DNA of 64,000 bases from Polyangiales bacterium (GCA_044229975.1 JBGARZ010000026.1:62728-126727), one strand, 5' to 3'; counted from the first letter of the stretch, positions 37,644-47,938 are shown. A program made the numbers and translations. Notes: generated by a model from the letters alone, not told the origin.

Positions 37644-40316
37644 GTGCGCGCCATGCACGCTCGATCACTCCTGCTGTTGTTGCTCGGCCTCGCCCTTGGT
37701 TGCACCGACGTCGACGCGCCCGCCGGGCAGTGTCGCTACGACTCGGACTGCTCGGAGGGCCAGGTCTGCGCGGGCACCTACTGCCGCGCGGGCTGCCGCA
37801 CCGACCGCGACTGTCCCACCGGCCAGCGCTGCGGCGAGAGCGACCGGCTCAACGTCAGCACCTGCATCCCGATGGTGATCGACGCGCAGTGCAACCGCGC
37901 GAGCGACTGCCCCGCCGGGCTCGTCTGCCTCGACGGCGCATGCCGCCCGCAGTGCCAGCGGGACTACGACTGCCAGGTGATCAACCCGTTCTTCTCGTGC
38001 GTGTCGGGGACGTGCGCGCTGAGCTGCGCCACCGGCACCAGCGACTGCGACGGCGACCCGCGCAACGGCTGCGAGACCTCGACCACCGACAACGCCGCCC
38101 ACTGCGGCACCTGCACGACGACCTGCGCGGGGGCGCCCAACGCGATGGGCACCTGCACGGCCTCGACCTGCGGCCGCCAGTGCAACGCGGGCTTCGCCGA
38201 CTGCGACGGCAACGCGGCCAACGGCTGCGAGGTGACGCTCGCCACCGACGCGACCCACTGCGGAACCTGCGCGACGAGCTGCCCCTCCGCCGCCAACGCC
38301 GACGCGGCGTGCACGGCCTCCATGTGCGGGCGCCAGTGCCGCGCGGGCTTCGCCGATTGCGACGGCAGCGCGGCCAACGGCTGCGAGGTGACGCTCGCCA
38401 CCGACGCCGCCCACTGCGGGACGTGCACCAACGCCTGCTCCTTCGCCCACGCGGCGGCGGTGTGCGCCGCGGGGACGTGCGGGCTCGGCACCTGCGCGGC
38501 GGGCTTCGGCAACTGCGACGGGATGGCGGCCAACGGCTGCGAGACGCCCATCGACACGGGCACCAACTGCGGCGCGTGCGGCACCGTGTGCGCCGCCGGG
38601 ACGGTCTGCTCCGCGGGGACGTGCAACTCGATCTGCACCGGCGGGACGACCTACTGCGGCGAGTCGTGCGTGAACACCGCCACCAGCCTGACCCACTGCG
38701 GCATGTGCGGACGGGTCTGCCCCGCGCCCGCCAACGCCGTCGCGACCTGCGCGGCGTCGCTCTGCGGGTTCACCTGCAACGCGGGCTATCGCAACAACGG
38801 CGAGGGCTGCACGCCCATCGCGGCGGGGCGCCTCGTCTCTCCGGCCTCGCTCTCCACGCTCAACGGCAACAACAACATCGTCTTCCAGGTGGCCCGCGCG
38901 CCCGGCGCCGACGGCACCCGGATCGAGATCTGCCGCGACCGCGCGTGCACCATGGTGGTCGACAGCGAGAACGGCACGGGCGACACCGTCACGCTCACGC
39001 GCCCGCTCTCGGCCGGGCTCTACTTCTGGCGCGCCTACGGTCGCGTCGGTACCAACACCGGCCTCACGCCGTCGGCGCAGACCTGGGAGGTCGTGGTGCC
39101 CAACCGCGCGCGCAACGCCGAGGTCGGCTCGGGCAACCTCTCCGACTTCAACGGCGACGGCTACACCGACCTCGCCATCGGCGAGCCGGGCGGTCGCCGG
39201 GTGCTCGTCTTCCACGGCTCCGCGACCAGCCTGCCCGACGCGCCCACGCGCATCATCTTCGACGGGACGATCACCGGCGGCTTCGGCAACCACACGACCG
39301 CGGGCGACTTCAACGGCGACGGCTTCGCCGACCTCGCCGTCTCCTCCGACAGCAGCCTCGTCTACATCTTCCCGGGCAGCGCCACGGGCCTCGCCCTGAC
39401 CCCGACCACGCGCACCGGCTCCACCGGATACGGCGGTGTCATCCAGGCCGCGAGCGACCTCAACCGCGACGGCTACGCCGACCTGGTGGTCAGCTACCGG
39501 TGCTTCGGCGGGTGCCGCTCGGGGGCGGACGTCTACTACGGGAGCCCGACCGGCCTCGCCGCGACCCCGTCGGTCAACCTCCCCGCCACGGACGACTTCA
39601 TGACCTTCGACAACATCGCCGCGGTCGGCCGCCTCACGACGGACTCCCTCTACGAGTCGCTCGTCATGCTGGGCGTCGGCAAGGGAAGCTATGACATCCT
39701 CGTGTTCCGGGGCTCCTCGACCGGCTTCGGCACCACACCGGTCCAGACATTCTCGGCGCCGCGGTACACCTACAACCTCGCGGCGGCCAACGACCTCGAC
39801 GGCGACGGACAGGGCGACGTGGTCATCTCGACCCAAGGCTTCAAGGCCGCGTCGGTGATCAGCGCCTTGCGCGGCCTGCCCGCGGGGCTCTCCACGACCC
39901 CGTCGCTGACCCTCTCGGACGAAGGAAACCTCGGCGGCCTCGTGGCGGGCATCGGCGACGTCGACAACGACGGATTCGCCGACGTCATGGGCAGCAACGG
40001 CAACGGCGTCGTGCGCATCTTCCGCGGCGGCGGCGGCACGTCGCCCGTGATCTCGCTCGGACCGCGCATCGACGCTCCGGCCCCGACCGAAGGCACGCGC
40101 TTCAACTACTTCGGCGGCCTCTTCCCGACGGCGGGGGACTTCAACCGCGACGGCTTCTCCGACTTCGTCATCGGCGCCGAGCCCGACTTCGACGGCGACT
40201 GCGACTACGACGTCTTCGTCTACCCCGGGCGCATGGTCGTCACCACCGGCACCTTCACGCCCGTCCGCACCTACCGCTACGCCAACGGCAACTGCGGCGG
40301 CGTTGCCGGGCGGTAG
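37644..40316 (+). CDS. Cys-rich repeat lipoprotein with CRDRACT domain and C-terminal FG-GAP propeller
   Basis: Lipobox LALGC; repeats C.AGFADCDG.AANGCE..L.TD..HCG.C; DFNGDGYTDLAIG repeats. Confidence 0.85.
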   Translation: MRAMHARSLLLLLLGLALGCTDVDAPAGQCRYDSDCSEGQVCAGTYCRAGCRTDRDCPTGQRCGESDRLNVSTCIPMVIDAQCNRASDCPAGLVCLDGACRPQCQRDYDCQVINPFFSCVSGTCALSCATGTSDCDGDPRNGCETSTTDNAAHCGTCTTTCAGAPNAMGTCTASTCGRQCNAGFADCDGNAANGCEVTLATDATHCGTCATSCPSAANADAACTASMCGRQCRAGFADCDGSAANGCEVTLATDAAHCGTCTNACSFAHAAAVCAAGTCGLGTCAAGFGNCDGMAANGCETPIDTGTNCGACGTVCAAGTVCSAGTCNSICTGGTTYCGESCVNTATSLTHCGMCGRVCPAPANAVATCAASLCGFTCNAGYRNNGEGCTPIAAGRLVSPASLSTLNGNNNIVFQVARAPGADGTRIEICRDRACTMVVDSENGTGDTVTLTRPLSAGLYFWRAYGRVGTNTGLTPSAQTWEVVVPNRARNAEVGSGNLSDFNGDGYTDLAIGEPGGRRVLVFHGSATSLPDAPTRIIFDGTITGGFGNHTTAGDFNGDGFADLAVSSDSSLVYIFPGSATGLALTPTTRTGSTGYGGVIQAASDLNRDGYADLVVSYRCFGGCRSGADVYYGSPTGLAATPSVNLPATDDFMTFDNIAAVGRLTTDSLYESLVMLGVGKGSYDILVFRGSSTGFGTTPVQTFSAPRYTYNLAAANDLDGDGQGDVVISTQGFKAASVISALRGLPAGLSTTPSLTLSDEGNLGGLVAGIGDVDNDGFADVMGSNGNGVVRIFRGGGGTSPVISLGPRIDAPAPTEGTRFNYFGGLFPTAGDFNRDGFSDFVIGAEPDFDGDCDYDVFVYPGRMVVTTGTFTPVRTYRYANGNCGGVAGR

Positions 40317-40394
40317 TCCGCTCCCGCCCACACCGACCCGGGCTCGCGCCCCGCACTGACCCGCGGCGAGCGCGCGCCACTCCACCGCCGCCCG

Positions 40395-41711
40395 ATGGGT
40401 GTATACGAACCCGCCGTGCGTCCCACCGCCGCCCTCCGCGCCATCGGTCTCTGTCTCACCATCGGTCCGCTCTCCTGCGGCGCGCGCGTGGTGCTCATCG
40501 ACTACGACGGAAGCACGCGCGTCGACGTGGCCACCACGGCCGACGTCGCAGCCGCCGACACGGGGGCGATCGACAGCGGCGCGACCGATGCGGGTGTGAT
40601 GGACGCTGGCTTCGACGTCGGCTTCGATGTCGGCTTCGATGTCGGCTTCGATGTCGGCTTCGACCGCGGGACGCTGCCCATCGATGTCGGCGTGGACGTC
40701 CCCATCGACCTCGGTCCGCCCTGCCCCGAGGGCACGGCGTGCGACCCTGGCGTGGTGTGTCGCACCGGCATCAACCGCTGCCGTGGTGCGGTGGCGTTCT
40801 GCATCGCCAACGACAACGCGCCCTTCGGGACGCGCTGCCCGACCGGCACCTGCGACGGTCGTGGCGCGTGCGTGGCCCCGTCGCAGCGGAGCTGTCCCTC
40901 CGCGTCGGAGACCGGCTGCGGCATCGTCAACCTCCTCGGCGGAACCTTCACCCTCGGCGACACCGGCGCGTTTCGCGCGGCGCCCGTACAGCGCAACATC
41001 ACGGTCGGCGCCTTCGCGATGGACGCCTCGGAGGTCACGGTCGCGCGCTTCCGTCGCTTCTGGGAGGCGGGCCACCCGGCGCCGCCGAGCAGCATTCCGT
41101 ACCCGAGCGCGACCGCGGTCTGGTCGGGCCCCGTCGCCGAGCCCGGCGTCGCGGGCACCTGCAACTGGAACGCCCCCGGCCGCGACTACCACCCCATCAA
41201 CTGCGTCGACTACCCGACCGCGCAGGCCTTCTGCGTGTGGGACGGCGGACGCCTCCCGACCGAGGCCGAGTGGGAGTTCGCGGCGCGCATCAGCCTCGCA
41301 GCGGGGCTCAACGCGGGCCGCGGATACCCCTGGGGCGACGCCAACCCCTCGCCCACCTGCGACCGCGCCCAATGGAACCGCTGCCCCGGCGACGACGGCG
41401 GCGCCACCCGTCGCGTCGCGAGCTTCGGCAACACCGCGGGCTTCTTCGACCTCGCGGGCAACGTCTGGGAGTGGACCGGGGAGTTCTTCTCGCCGTACAG
41501 CGACCCCGGCTGCTGGGGCGGCACCGCGCGCGTCGACCCGTTCTGCGCGCGGGGCACGTCGATGTTCCCCGCCATCCGCGGCGGGAGCTGGGTGTCCGAC
41601 TCGGTCACGCTCCTGCGCGCGGCCAGCCGCGACGACGCGTACATGCCCGCCACGCGCAGCGCGATCCTCGGGATGCGCTGCGCCCGCGCGCGCGCCGTCA
41701 TCGGCGGCTAG
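40395..41711 (+). CDS. FGE-sulfatase (SUMF1/CLec-fold) domain lipoprotein, probably non-catalytic
   Basis: Lipobox PLSC; EVT, HPINCV, RLPTEAEWE.AAR, YPWG, DLAGNVWEW, RGGSW, GMRCAR. Confidence 0.88.
   Translation: MGVYEPAVRPTAALRAIGLCLTIGPLSCGARVVLIDYDGSTRVDVATTADVAAADTGAIDSGATDAGVMDAGFDVGFDVGFDVGFDVGFDRGTLPIDVGVDVPIDLGPPCPEGTACDPGVVCRTGINRCRGAVAFCIANDNAPFGTRCPTGTCDGRGACVAPSQRSCPSASETGCGIVNLLGGTFTLGDTGAFRAAPVQRNITVGAFAMDASEVTVARFRRFWEAGHPAPPSSIPYPSATAVWSGPVAEPGVAGTCNWNAPGRDYHPINCVDYPTAQAFCVWDGGRLPTEAEWEFAARISLAAGLNAGRGYPWGDANPSPTCDRAQWNRCPGDDGGATRRVASFGNTAGFFDLAGNVWEWTGEFFSPYSDPGCWGGTARVDPFCARGTSMFPAIRGGSWVSDSVTLLRAASRDDAYMPATRSAILGMRCARARAVIGG
40608..40664 (+). repeat. In-frame 12-bp tandem repeat (GFDV x4.75)
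   Basis: GGCTTCGA(C/T)GTC repeated. Confidence 0.85.
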
Positions 41712-41757
41712 GCAAGCGCTTCCAACCAGCGCAACCGACGCAGTAGTGTCCGCCGCC

Positions 41758-42300
<543 letters not shown>

Positions 42301-42364
42301 CGCCCATCTCCCCACCGCGCGGGTTGCGACGGCGTCACCCGCAACGCTACTGTGCCGCATCTTG

Positions 42365-44503
42365 ATGCGTCTCCCGATCCGCTCCACGCTCGGCCCCATC
42401 CTCGCGACCCTGCTCAGCGCGTGCGCCGGGTCCCACCACCCGACGACGACCCCGCCCGGGGGTGTTCCCTCCACGGTGACGGCCGCGACCCTCGACGACG
42501 CCCGCCGACTCCTTGACGAGAGCCCCGCCGGGGAGCCCGCGCTGCGCAACCTCCGAACGCTGGTGACGAGGCTCCTCGCGGCCGACGCGCACGCGGCGTT
42601 GCAGTCGGGCGACACGGCCCGCGCCATCCGCCGACTCCAGGCGGCGCTCGTGCACTACACCCCCGAAGAGCTCGCCCACGGAGGGTTGCCGCGCGAGCTC
42701 GAAGCCCCGGCCCGCGCGCTCCTCGCCGTCGCCTCGCCGCGCGGTGAAGAGGGCAACGCGCTCGGCGCTGCGCGGGTGCTGCTCGCGCTCGAAAGCCCTC
42801 CCGCCGACGCCCGCGCCAACTGGGACCGCATCACCGAGTGGGGCGCGCGCAACCGCCAGGACTTCCAGCAGCCGTGGGTTCGCGAGGGCGAGCTCGCCGA
42901 CATCCAGCGCGAGGTCGCCGCGCTCATCCCTGCGCGCGACGTTCTCGACGCGGCCGCGACCCACATCGCCGCGCGACGCCAGGCCGCCGCCGAGGCGCGC
43001 ACCGGGCGCACCGAGCAAGGCCGACTCTCCTACGACGAGGGGCGGCAGATCGGTATCGGCCTCCAGCGATCGGCGGCCGACATGGCCGTGCTCTTCCTGC
43101 GGGTGGGCGCGCTCACCGAGGCGGGCGAGCGGCTCTCGGCCATGGGGGCCAGCACGCAGGGCTCCGGGCTCGCCGCCGCCATCACGGGCATCGCGCGCAG
43201 CGAGGGCGGCGCCGACGCGCTGAGCGGCCTCGCGCGCCAGCTCACGCCCATCGACCACCTCGCGGCGTCGGGCGTGTGCCGCGTCGGGCGCCTGCGGTAC
43301 CCGAGCGACCCGCGGTTTCCCCAGTGCCTCGCGCTGATCGCTCACGGCGACCACGACCTCGGGCTCGCGAGCGCCCACCTCGACGCGACGGCGGCGCTGC
43401 GTCCCAACGACGCCGACGCCCTCCACGACGCCATCGTGGAGACCGCCCGCTGGCTCGCGAGCGAGGTCGGCGCTGACGACGTCGCCCCGGGCCGCCGCGC
43501 GTGGGAGCGCGCCCGAGCGTTGCTCGATCGCTGGCGCGCCCGCACACCCGAGCGTGCTCCGCCGCTCGCCGACGCCGACCTCGAAGAGACCGCCGCGCAG
43601 CTCGAGCTCGCCGCGGGCAACCTCGCCGAGGCCACCGCCCACCTCGAACGCGCGGCCCAGGCCACGCCCGCGTCGCGCGACGCCCTCTACCTGCTCGCCG
43701 AGGTCGGCTGGCGGCACGGCGACGGCGCCGCCGCGGTGCGCCGACTCGACCAGGCCCTCGCGCTCCCGCTGCGGCCGAGCGAGAGCGACTCGTCCTTCCG
43801 CCCGCGCTTCGCCATGCGTCGCGCGCAGGTGCTGGAGTCCACCGGACACGCCGACGAGGCGCGCGCGCTCTACACCGCGACGCTCCCCGACCTCGAAGCC
43901 CTCGCCCACATCGCCGAGGGCCACGAGCTCGGCGAGGTGCACCTGCTGCGCGCGGCCGCCCTCGAAGCGTCGGGGCGCACCGCGGATGTTCGCGCGGCCC
44001 TCAACGCCGCCGTCGACGCCGCTCCTGACAGCCGTGACGTCGCCGGGCACGCCATCATGTTCTGCGTGGGTCGCGCCCGCTGGGCCGACGCGCTCGACCT
44101 CTCCCGCCGTGCCCGCGCGCAGCTCACCCTGGAGCCCGCGTGGCAGGTGTACTTCGCCCTCTGGTCACAGCTCGCCGCCCGCGCCGGTCGCCTGCCCGAC
44201 GACGCCGGCGCCACCACGCTGCTCACCTCCATCGCGACCACCGACGACGCCAACCTCCCGTGGACCACCCGGCTCGCGCAGCGCGCCGTCGGCCGCATCC
44301 AGCGCGACGCCCTCGTCGCCGCGGCGCGGACGCGCGGGCAGCGGGCCGAGGCGGCGTTCTATGAGGCGATGACCGAGCTGGCGGCGGGCGACACGGCGGG
44401 CGCGACGCGCGACCTGCGCGAGGTGGTCGCGAGCGAGACGCTCCACTACTTCGAGTACGACATGGCCTGGGAGACGCTGCGTCGCCTCGACGCCTCGCAC
44501 TGA
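42365..44503 (+). CDS. TPR-rich lipoprotein with NlpI-like C-terminus
   Basis: Lipobox LSAC; Ala/Leu helical repeats; C-terminal AEAAFY..GD..A..L..VV......FEY..A. Confidence 0.7.
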   Translation: MRLPIRSTLGPILATLLSACAGSHHPTTTPPGGVPSTVTAATLDDARRLLDESPAGEPALRNLRTLVTRLLAADAHAALQSGDTARAIRRLQAALVHYTPEELAHGGLPRELEAPARALLAVASPRGEEGNALGAARVLLALESPPADARANWDRITEWGARNRQDFQQPWVREGELADIQREVAALIPARDVLDAAATHIAARRQAAAEARTGRTEQGRLSYDEGRQIGIGLQRSAADMAVLFLRVGALTEAGERLSAMGASTQGSGLAAAITGIARSEGGADALSGLARQLTPIDHLAASGVCRVGRLRYPSDPRFPQCLALIAHGDHDLGLASAHLDATAALRPNDADALHDAIVETARWLASEVGADDVAPGRRAWERARALLDRWRARTPERAPPLADADLEETAAQLELAAGNLAEATAHLERAAQATPASRDALYLLAEVGWRHGDGAAAVRRLDQALALPLRPSESDSSFRPRFAMRRAQVLESTGHADEARALYTATLPDLEALAHIAEGHELGEVHLLRAAALEASGRTADVRAALNAAVDAAPDSRDVAGHAIMFCVGRARWADALDLSRRARAQLTLEPAWQVYFALWSQLAARAGRLPDDAGATTLLTSIATTDDANLPWTTRLAQRAVGRIQRDALVAAARTRGQRAEAAFYEAMTELAAGDTAGATRDLREVVASETLHYFEYDMAWETLRRLDASH

Positions 44504-44506
44504 ACG

Positions 44507-46321
44507 CTACGGCGTCAGGAACATCCGCGCGTTGGAGGTCGGGTGCCCCGACGGGTAGCTGAGGTGCGCGAGCACGCGCGTGACGCAGCGCCCGGCCGGG
44601 CTCCCCGCGGGCGGAGCCATGAGGTTGACCGATCGCACCCGACCGCGACCGTCGATGTCGAGGGAGAAGCTCACGTTGCCGCGGGCGCCGGCGAGGCACG
44701 CGCGGATGGCCGGAATCTGCGGACGAACGCCCTGCATGATCGCAGGCGAGTCGAGCGGCGGACCCGCGGGCTCCGGGGTGGGCGCCGACCGCGACGCCGA
44801 GCGGCTGCTGCTGGATGAGCTGGTGTGATGGTGCTCGACCGGCGCCGTCGGTAGCTCGACGCGCGCGGGTCGTGGCGGCGCGGACGTCGGCGCGACGATG
44901 GGGCGCGCCGCGACGGGCGCAGCGGGTGCGACGGGCGCGAGCTGCTGGGCGACGACAGGCACCACCGGCGGCGGCATCGGGGGGACGACGACCGGCGCGG
45001 GCGGCGGCGGCGGGATCATCGCCGCGGCGGGCACGACGACGATCTCAGGCGGTCTGGAGCGCAGGAGCGCGACGGTCGCGACGAGTCCCAGCACGACGGC
45101 GCACATCATCGTGACGACCACGCTGCGACGCGACCGCGGGGGCGCCTCGACCGCGGGCGGAACCGACGCCATGGGCCACGGCGGCGACGCCTCGAAGCCC
45201 GACGGACCGGCCGGGTCGAGCACCGTGGCACCGGCCTGGTCGAGGGAGTTCATCAGCGGCGCAAACGAGCGCGGAGGAGGCGGCGGAGGCGCCGAGGTCC
45301 GCGGCGGCAATGGCGGGCGCGGGCTGGAGTACACCGGCGTCGGGGCCGCGGGCGCAAACGAGAACGGGTCGGGCACCACCTGCGTCGCACCGTCCGCCAC
45401 GCCGTAGACGCGGGTCGCCTCGTCACCCTGACTCACGATCGCGTCTTCCATCGGCAGCGTCGCGAGCACCGCGAGCATCGCCTGGAGCATCTCGTCGGCG
45501 TTGGCGAAGCGCTGCGAGGGCTCCTTCTGGAGCGCGCGGTCGATGATGGCGCTGAGCGCGGGCGGCGCCGCGGGCGCGTATTGCTGGAGCGGCGTGTGCG
45601 GGTACAGCATGATCCGCGAGAGGAGCTGCTGATACGTGTCGCCGTCGAAGGGCGTCTGGAGCGTGATGCTCTGGTAGAGCACCGCGCCCATGGACCAGAG
45701 GTCGGCCCTGCCATCGACGCGGCCGCCGCCTGCCTGCTCGGGGGACATGTAGTCGGGCGTCCCCACGGCGGTGCCGACGCGGGTGAGGCCGCCCGCCGCG
45801 CGCTCGGTGAGGATCTTCGAGATGCCGAAGTCGAGGAGCTTCACCTGCGCGGGGGAGACCTCGCCGCCGCCGACGAGGAAGATGTTTTCGGGCTTGATGT
45901 CGCGGTGCACGACGCCGACGCCGTGGGCGGCCCGCAGCGCGTCGACGGTGCCCGCCGCGATGGTGAGCGCCTCACGAAACCCGAGGGCCCGCCGCTCCAT
46001 CACGTCGCAGAGCGTCTCGCCGTGCAGCAGCTCCAGCACCAGGAAGGGCCCGTCGTCATCGCTGCCCGCGTCGAGCACGCGCACGATGTTGGGGTGACCG
46101 ATGGAGGCGACGGTCTGCGCCTCCTGCTGAAAGCGCCCGACCACCTCGGTGGAGGTGATGTACTCGGGCTTGATGAGCTTGACCGCGACGTGCACCGCGG
46201 GCGCCGTCAGGTCTTCGGCCTCGAACACCGCGCCCATGCCGCCTTCGCCGATGACACGCAGCAACCGGTAGCGGTTTGCGACCAGCGAGCCCGTGCGCTG
46301 GTGGATGTCGTCGACCTGCAT
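44507..46321 (-). CDS. Membrane Ser/Thr kinase with Pro-rich linker and C-terminal TonB-C/AgmX-PglI-like domain
   Basis: GEGGMG, VAVK, HRDIKPEN, DFG, GTPDYMSPE; TM; C-terminal AIRAC..G.VSFSLDIDGRGRV..GRCV. Confidence 0.9.
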   Translation of the reverse strand: MQVDDIHQRTGSLVANRYRLLRVIGEGGMGAVFEAEDLTAPAVHVAVKLIKPEYITSTEVVGRFQQEAQTVASIGHPNIVRVLDAGSDDDGPFLVLELLHGETLCDVMERRALGFREALTIAAGTVDALRAAHGVGVVHRDIKPENIFLVGGGEVSPAQVKLLDFGISKILTERAAGGLTRVGTAVGTPDYMSPEQAGGGRVDGRADLWSMGAVLYQSITLQTPFDGDTYQQLLSRIMLYPHTPLQQYAPAAPPALSAIIDRALQKEPSQRFANADEMLQAMLAVLATLPMEDAIVSQGDEATRVYGVADGATQVVPDPFSFAPAAPTPVYSSPRPPLPPRTSAPPPPPPRSFAPLMNSLDQAGATVLDPAGPSGFEASPPWPMASVPPAVEAPPRSRRSVVVTMMCAVVLGLVATVALLRSRPPEIVVVPAAAMIPPPPPAPVVVPPMPPPVVPVVAQQLAPVAPAAPVAARPIVAPTSAPPRPARVELPTAPVEHHHTSSSSSSRSASRSAPTPEPAGPPLDSPAIMQGVRPQIPAIRACLAGARGNVSFSLDIDGRGRVRSVNLMAPPAGSPAGRCVTRVLAHLSYPSGHPTSNARMFLTP

Positions 46322-46343
46322 CGCCCTCACATCCTACGTCGAG

Positions 46344-47525
46344 TCACGTCACCAGCGGGAGCCGATGCTTGCGCTCGATGCGGGAAGGGTTCTGCCCCGA
46401 GGCGGTCGCAGCCGCCGCCACCCGCCCGTAGGTCCACGACAGGAAGGTCGGGTCGCGCTCTTCGAGCAGCAGGTGCCCGGCCGTGTCGGCGATGCGGGCG
46501 GTGGCCTGCTCGTACCAGCACTGCGTCCCGCCCGGCAGGTGGGTCGTCCCCGTCTCGGCCAGGTTGGCGCAGGCGCACGAGGCCCCGCAGCGCCACTGCT
46601 CGGCGCACTCGTCGCACGCCGGGTCGGCCGGGCCGCGCTTGATGTTCTTCACGCGGATGCGGTCGATGCCCCGGTCGAGGTGCCCGATGACCAGGGTGTC
46701 GTCGCGGTCTTCGCCCACCATGCGGGCGCAGGGGAAGAGGTTGCCCTGCGGCGACACGGCGATCTCGCGCTCGCCCGAGCCGCACGAGTCGCAGCTCGAA
46801 AGCCCGCCCTTGGCCGCCGCGAGGAGCTTGTTGTCGAAGGTCGGCATCGCGATGGGCTTGCCCGCGCGGATGGCCGCCGCGTAGACCACCGCGGCCTCTT
46901 CGAGGCCCTTCTCCCACAGCTCCAGGTGGGCGTCGCTCCACGCGCACTCGAAGGCCGGGTTGAGGATGATCTCCTTGGCGCCGAGCTCGGCCAGGAAGCG
47001 CACGCTCTCGCCGAGCCAGCGAACATTCTCGGGCGACACCACCGCGATGATCTGGAGCGGCAGCCCCGCGGCCAGCATGTTGTGGGCGCCCGCGACCACG
47101 TCGTCGAAGCTCGACCGGCCGCCGCGCTGCGGGCGCGTCGCTTCATGGGCTTCGCGGCACCCGTCGAGGGAGAGCGTGACCTGCACCCCGAGCGCGGCGA
47201 GCCGACGGGCGCGCTCCGGGGTGACGAGCGTTCCGTTGGTGGTGACCGCGAGGCGCAGCCGACGACCTTCACGCGCGGCGCGGTCGCGGGCCTCGTGGGA
47301 GACGCGCTCCATCATGTCGAAGCAGATGAGGGGCTCGCCGCCGAAGAAGCCGAGGTCGACCGGCGCCTCGTCGCGCCACGGCGTCTGCTCTCGCGGCGCG
47401 TTGAAGAGCAGGTCGAGCGAGCGCATCGCGGTGGGCCAGTCCATCTCGCGCCGAAACTTCTCGCCCGTGTAGCAGTACGTGCACGCGAGGTTGCACTCGT
47501 GGGTCAGGACCAGGGTGACATGCAT
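46344..47525 (-). CDS. Radical SAM/SPASM domain protein (anSME/ranthipeptide-maturase-like)
   Basis: CNLACTYC, FFGGEPL, TTNGTL, LSLDG; SPASM CGSG..G.LFPC..CDEC....CGASCAC; AAGGAG RBS. Confidence 0.92.
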   Translation of the reverse strand: MHVTLVLTHECNLACTYCYTGEKFRREMDWPTAMRSLDLLFNAPREQTPWRDEAPVDLGFFGGEPLICFDMMERVSHEARDRAAREGRRLRLAVTTNGTLVTPERARRLAALGVQVTLSLDGCREAHEATRPQRGGRSSFDDVVAGAHNMLAAGLPLQIIAVVSPENVRWLGESVRFLAELGAKEIILNPAFECAWSDAHLELWEKGLEEAAVVYAAAIRAGKPIAMPTFDNKLLAAAKGGLSSCDSCGSGEREIAVSPQGNLFPCARMVGEDRDDTLVIGHLDRGIDRIRVKNIKRGPADPACDECAEQWRCGASCACANLAETGTTHLPGGTQCWYEQATARIADTAGHLLLEERDPTFLSWTYGRVAAAATASGQNPSRIERKHRLPLVT

Positions 47526-47624
47526 GGTGACTCCTTCGCGTGGGGAGAGACCTCGTCATGCTCCCACGCCTTGGACCTCCCCTCCAAGCGCGCTCGCACA
47601 CTGGTAGTGTCATCCGTTGGAGTC

Positions 47625-47914
47625 CAGTGTGCTGGGTCGACACCCCGCCGCGTCCACGCCGGAGTTCACCGTGCCGCCCCCGCGTCCGTCGCGCTCGGTT
47701 CACTCCGGGCTATTTCACGCGGATCGCCCCGCTCGAAGCGGGGCTCCATGCGGACGCTCACGACCGACTGAATGCCTCCGGAAGGTCACACGGAGCCCCG
47801 CTTCAGGCGGGGCGATCCGCGTGAAATAGCCCGGAGTGAACCGAGCGCGACGGACGCGGGGGCGGCACGGTGAACTCCGGCGTGGACGCGGCGGGGTGTC
47901 GACCCAGCACACTG
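47625..47914. repeat. 290-bp palindromic element with 123-bp arms (REPIN/MITE-like)
   Basis: 47625-47747 is the reverse complement of 47792-47914 except for 2 adjacent mismatches; 44-nt spacer. Confidence 0.9.
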
Positions 47915-47938
47915 CCCGCACCCCTCTGTTGGGAGCGA

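Noticed and set aside
41560..41711. FGE/CLec C-terminus as a diversity-generating retroelement variable region
   Set aside because: No reverse transcriptase and no template repeat seen in the window.
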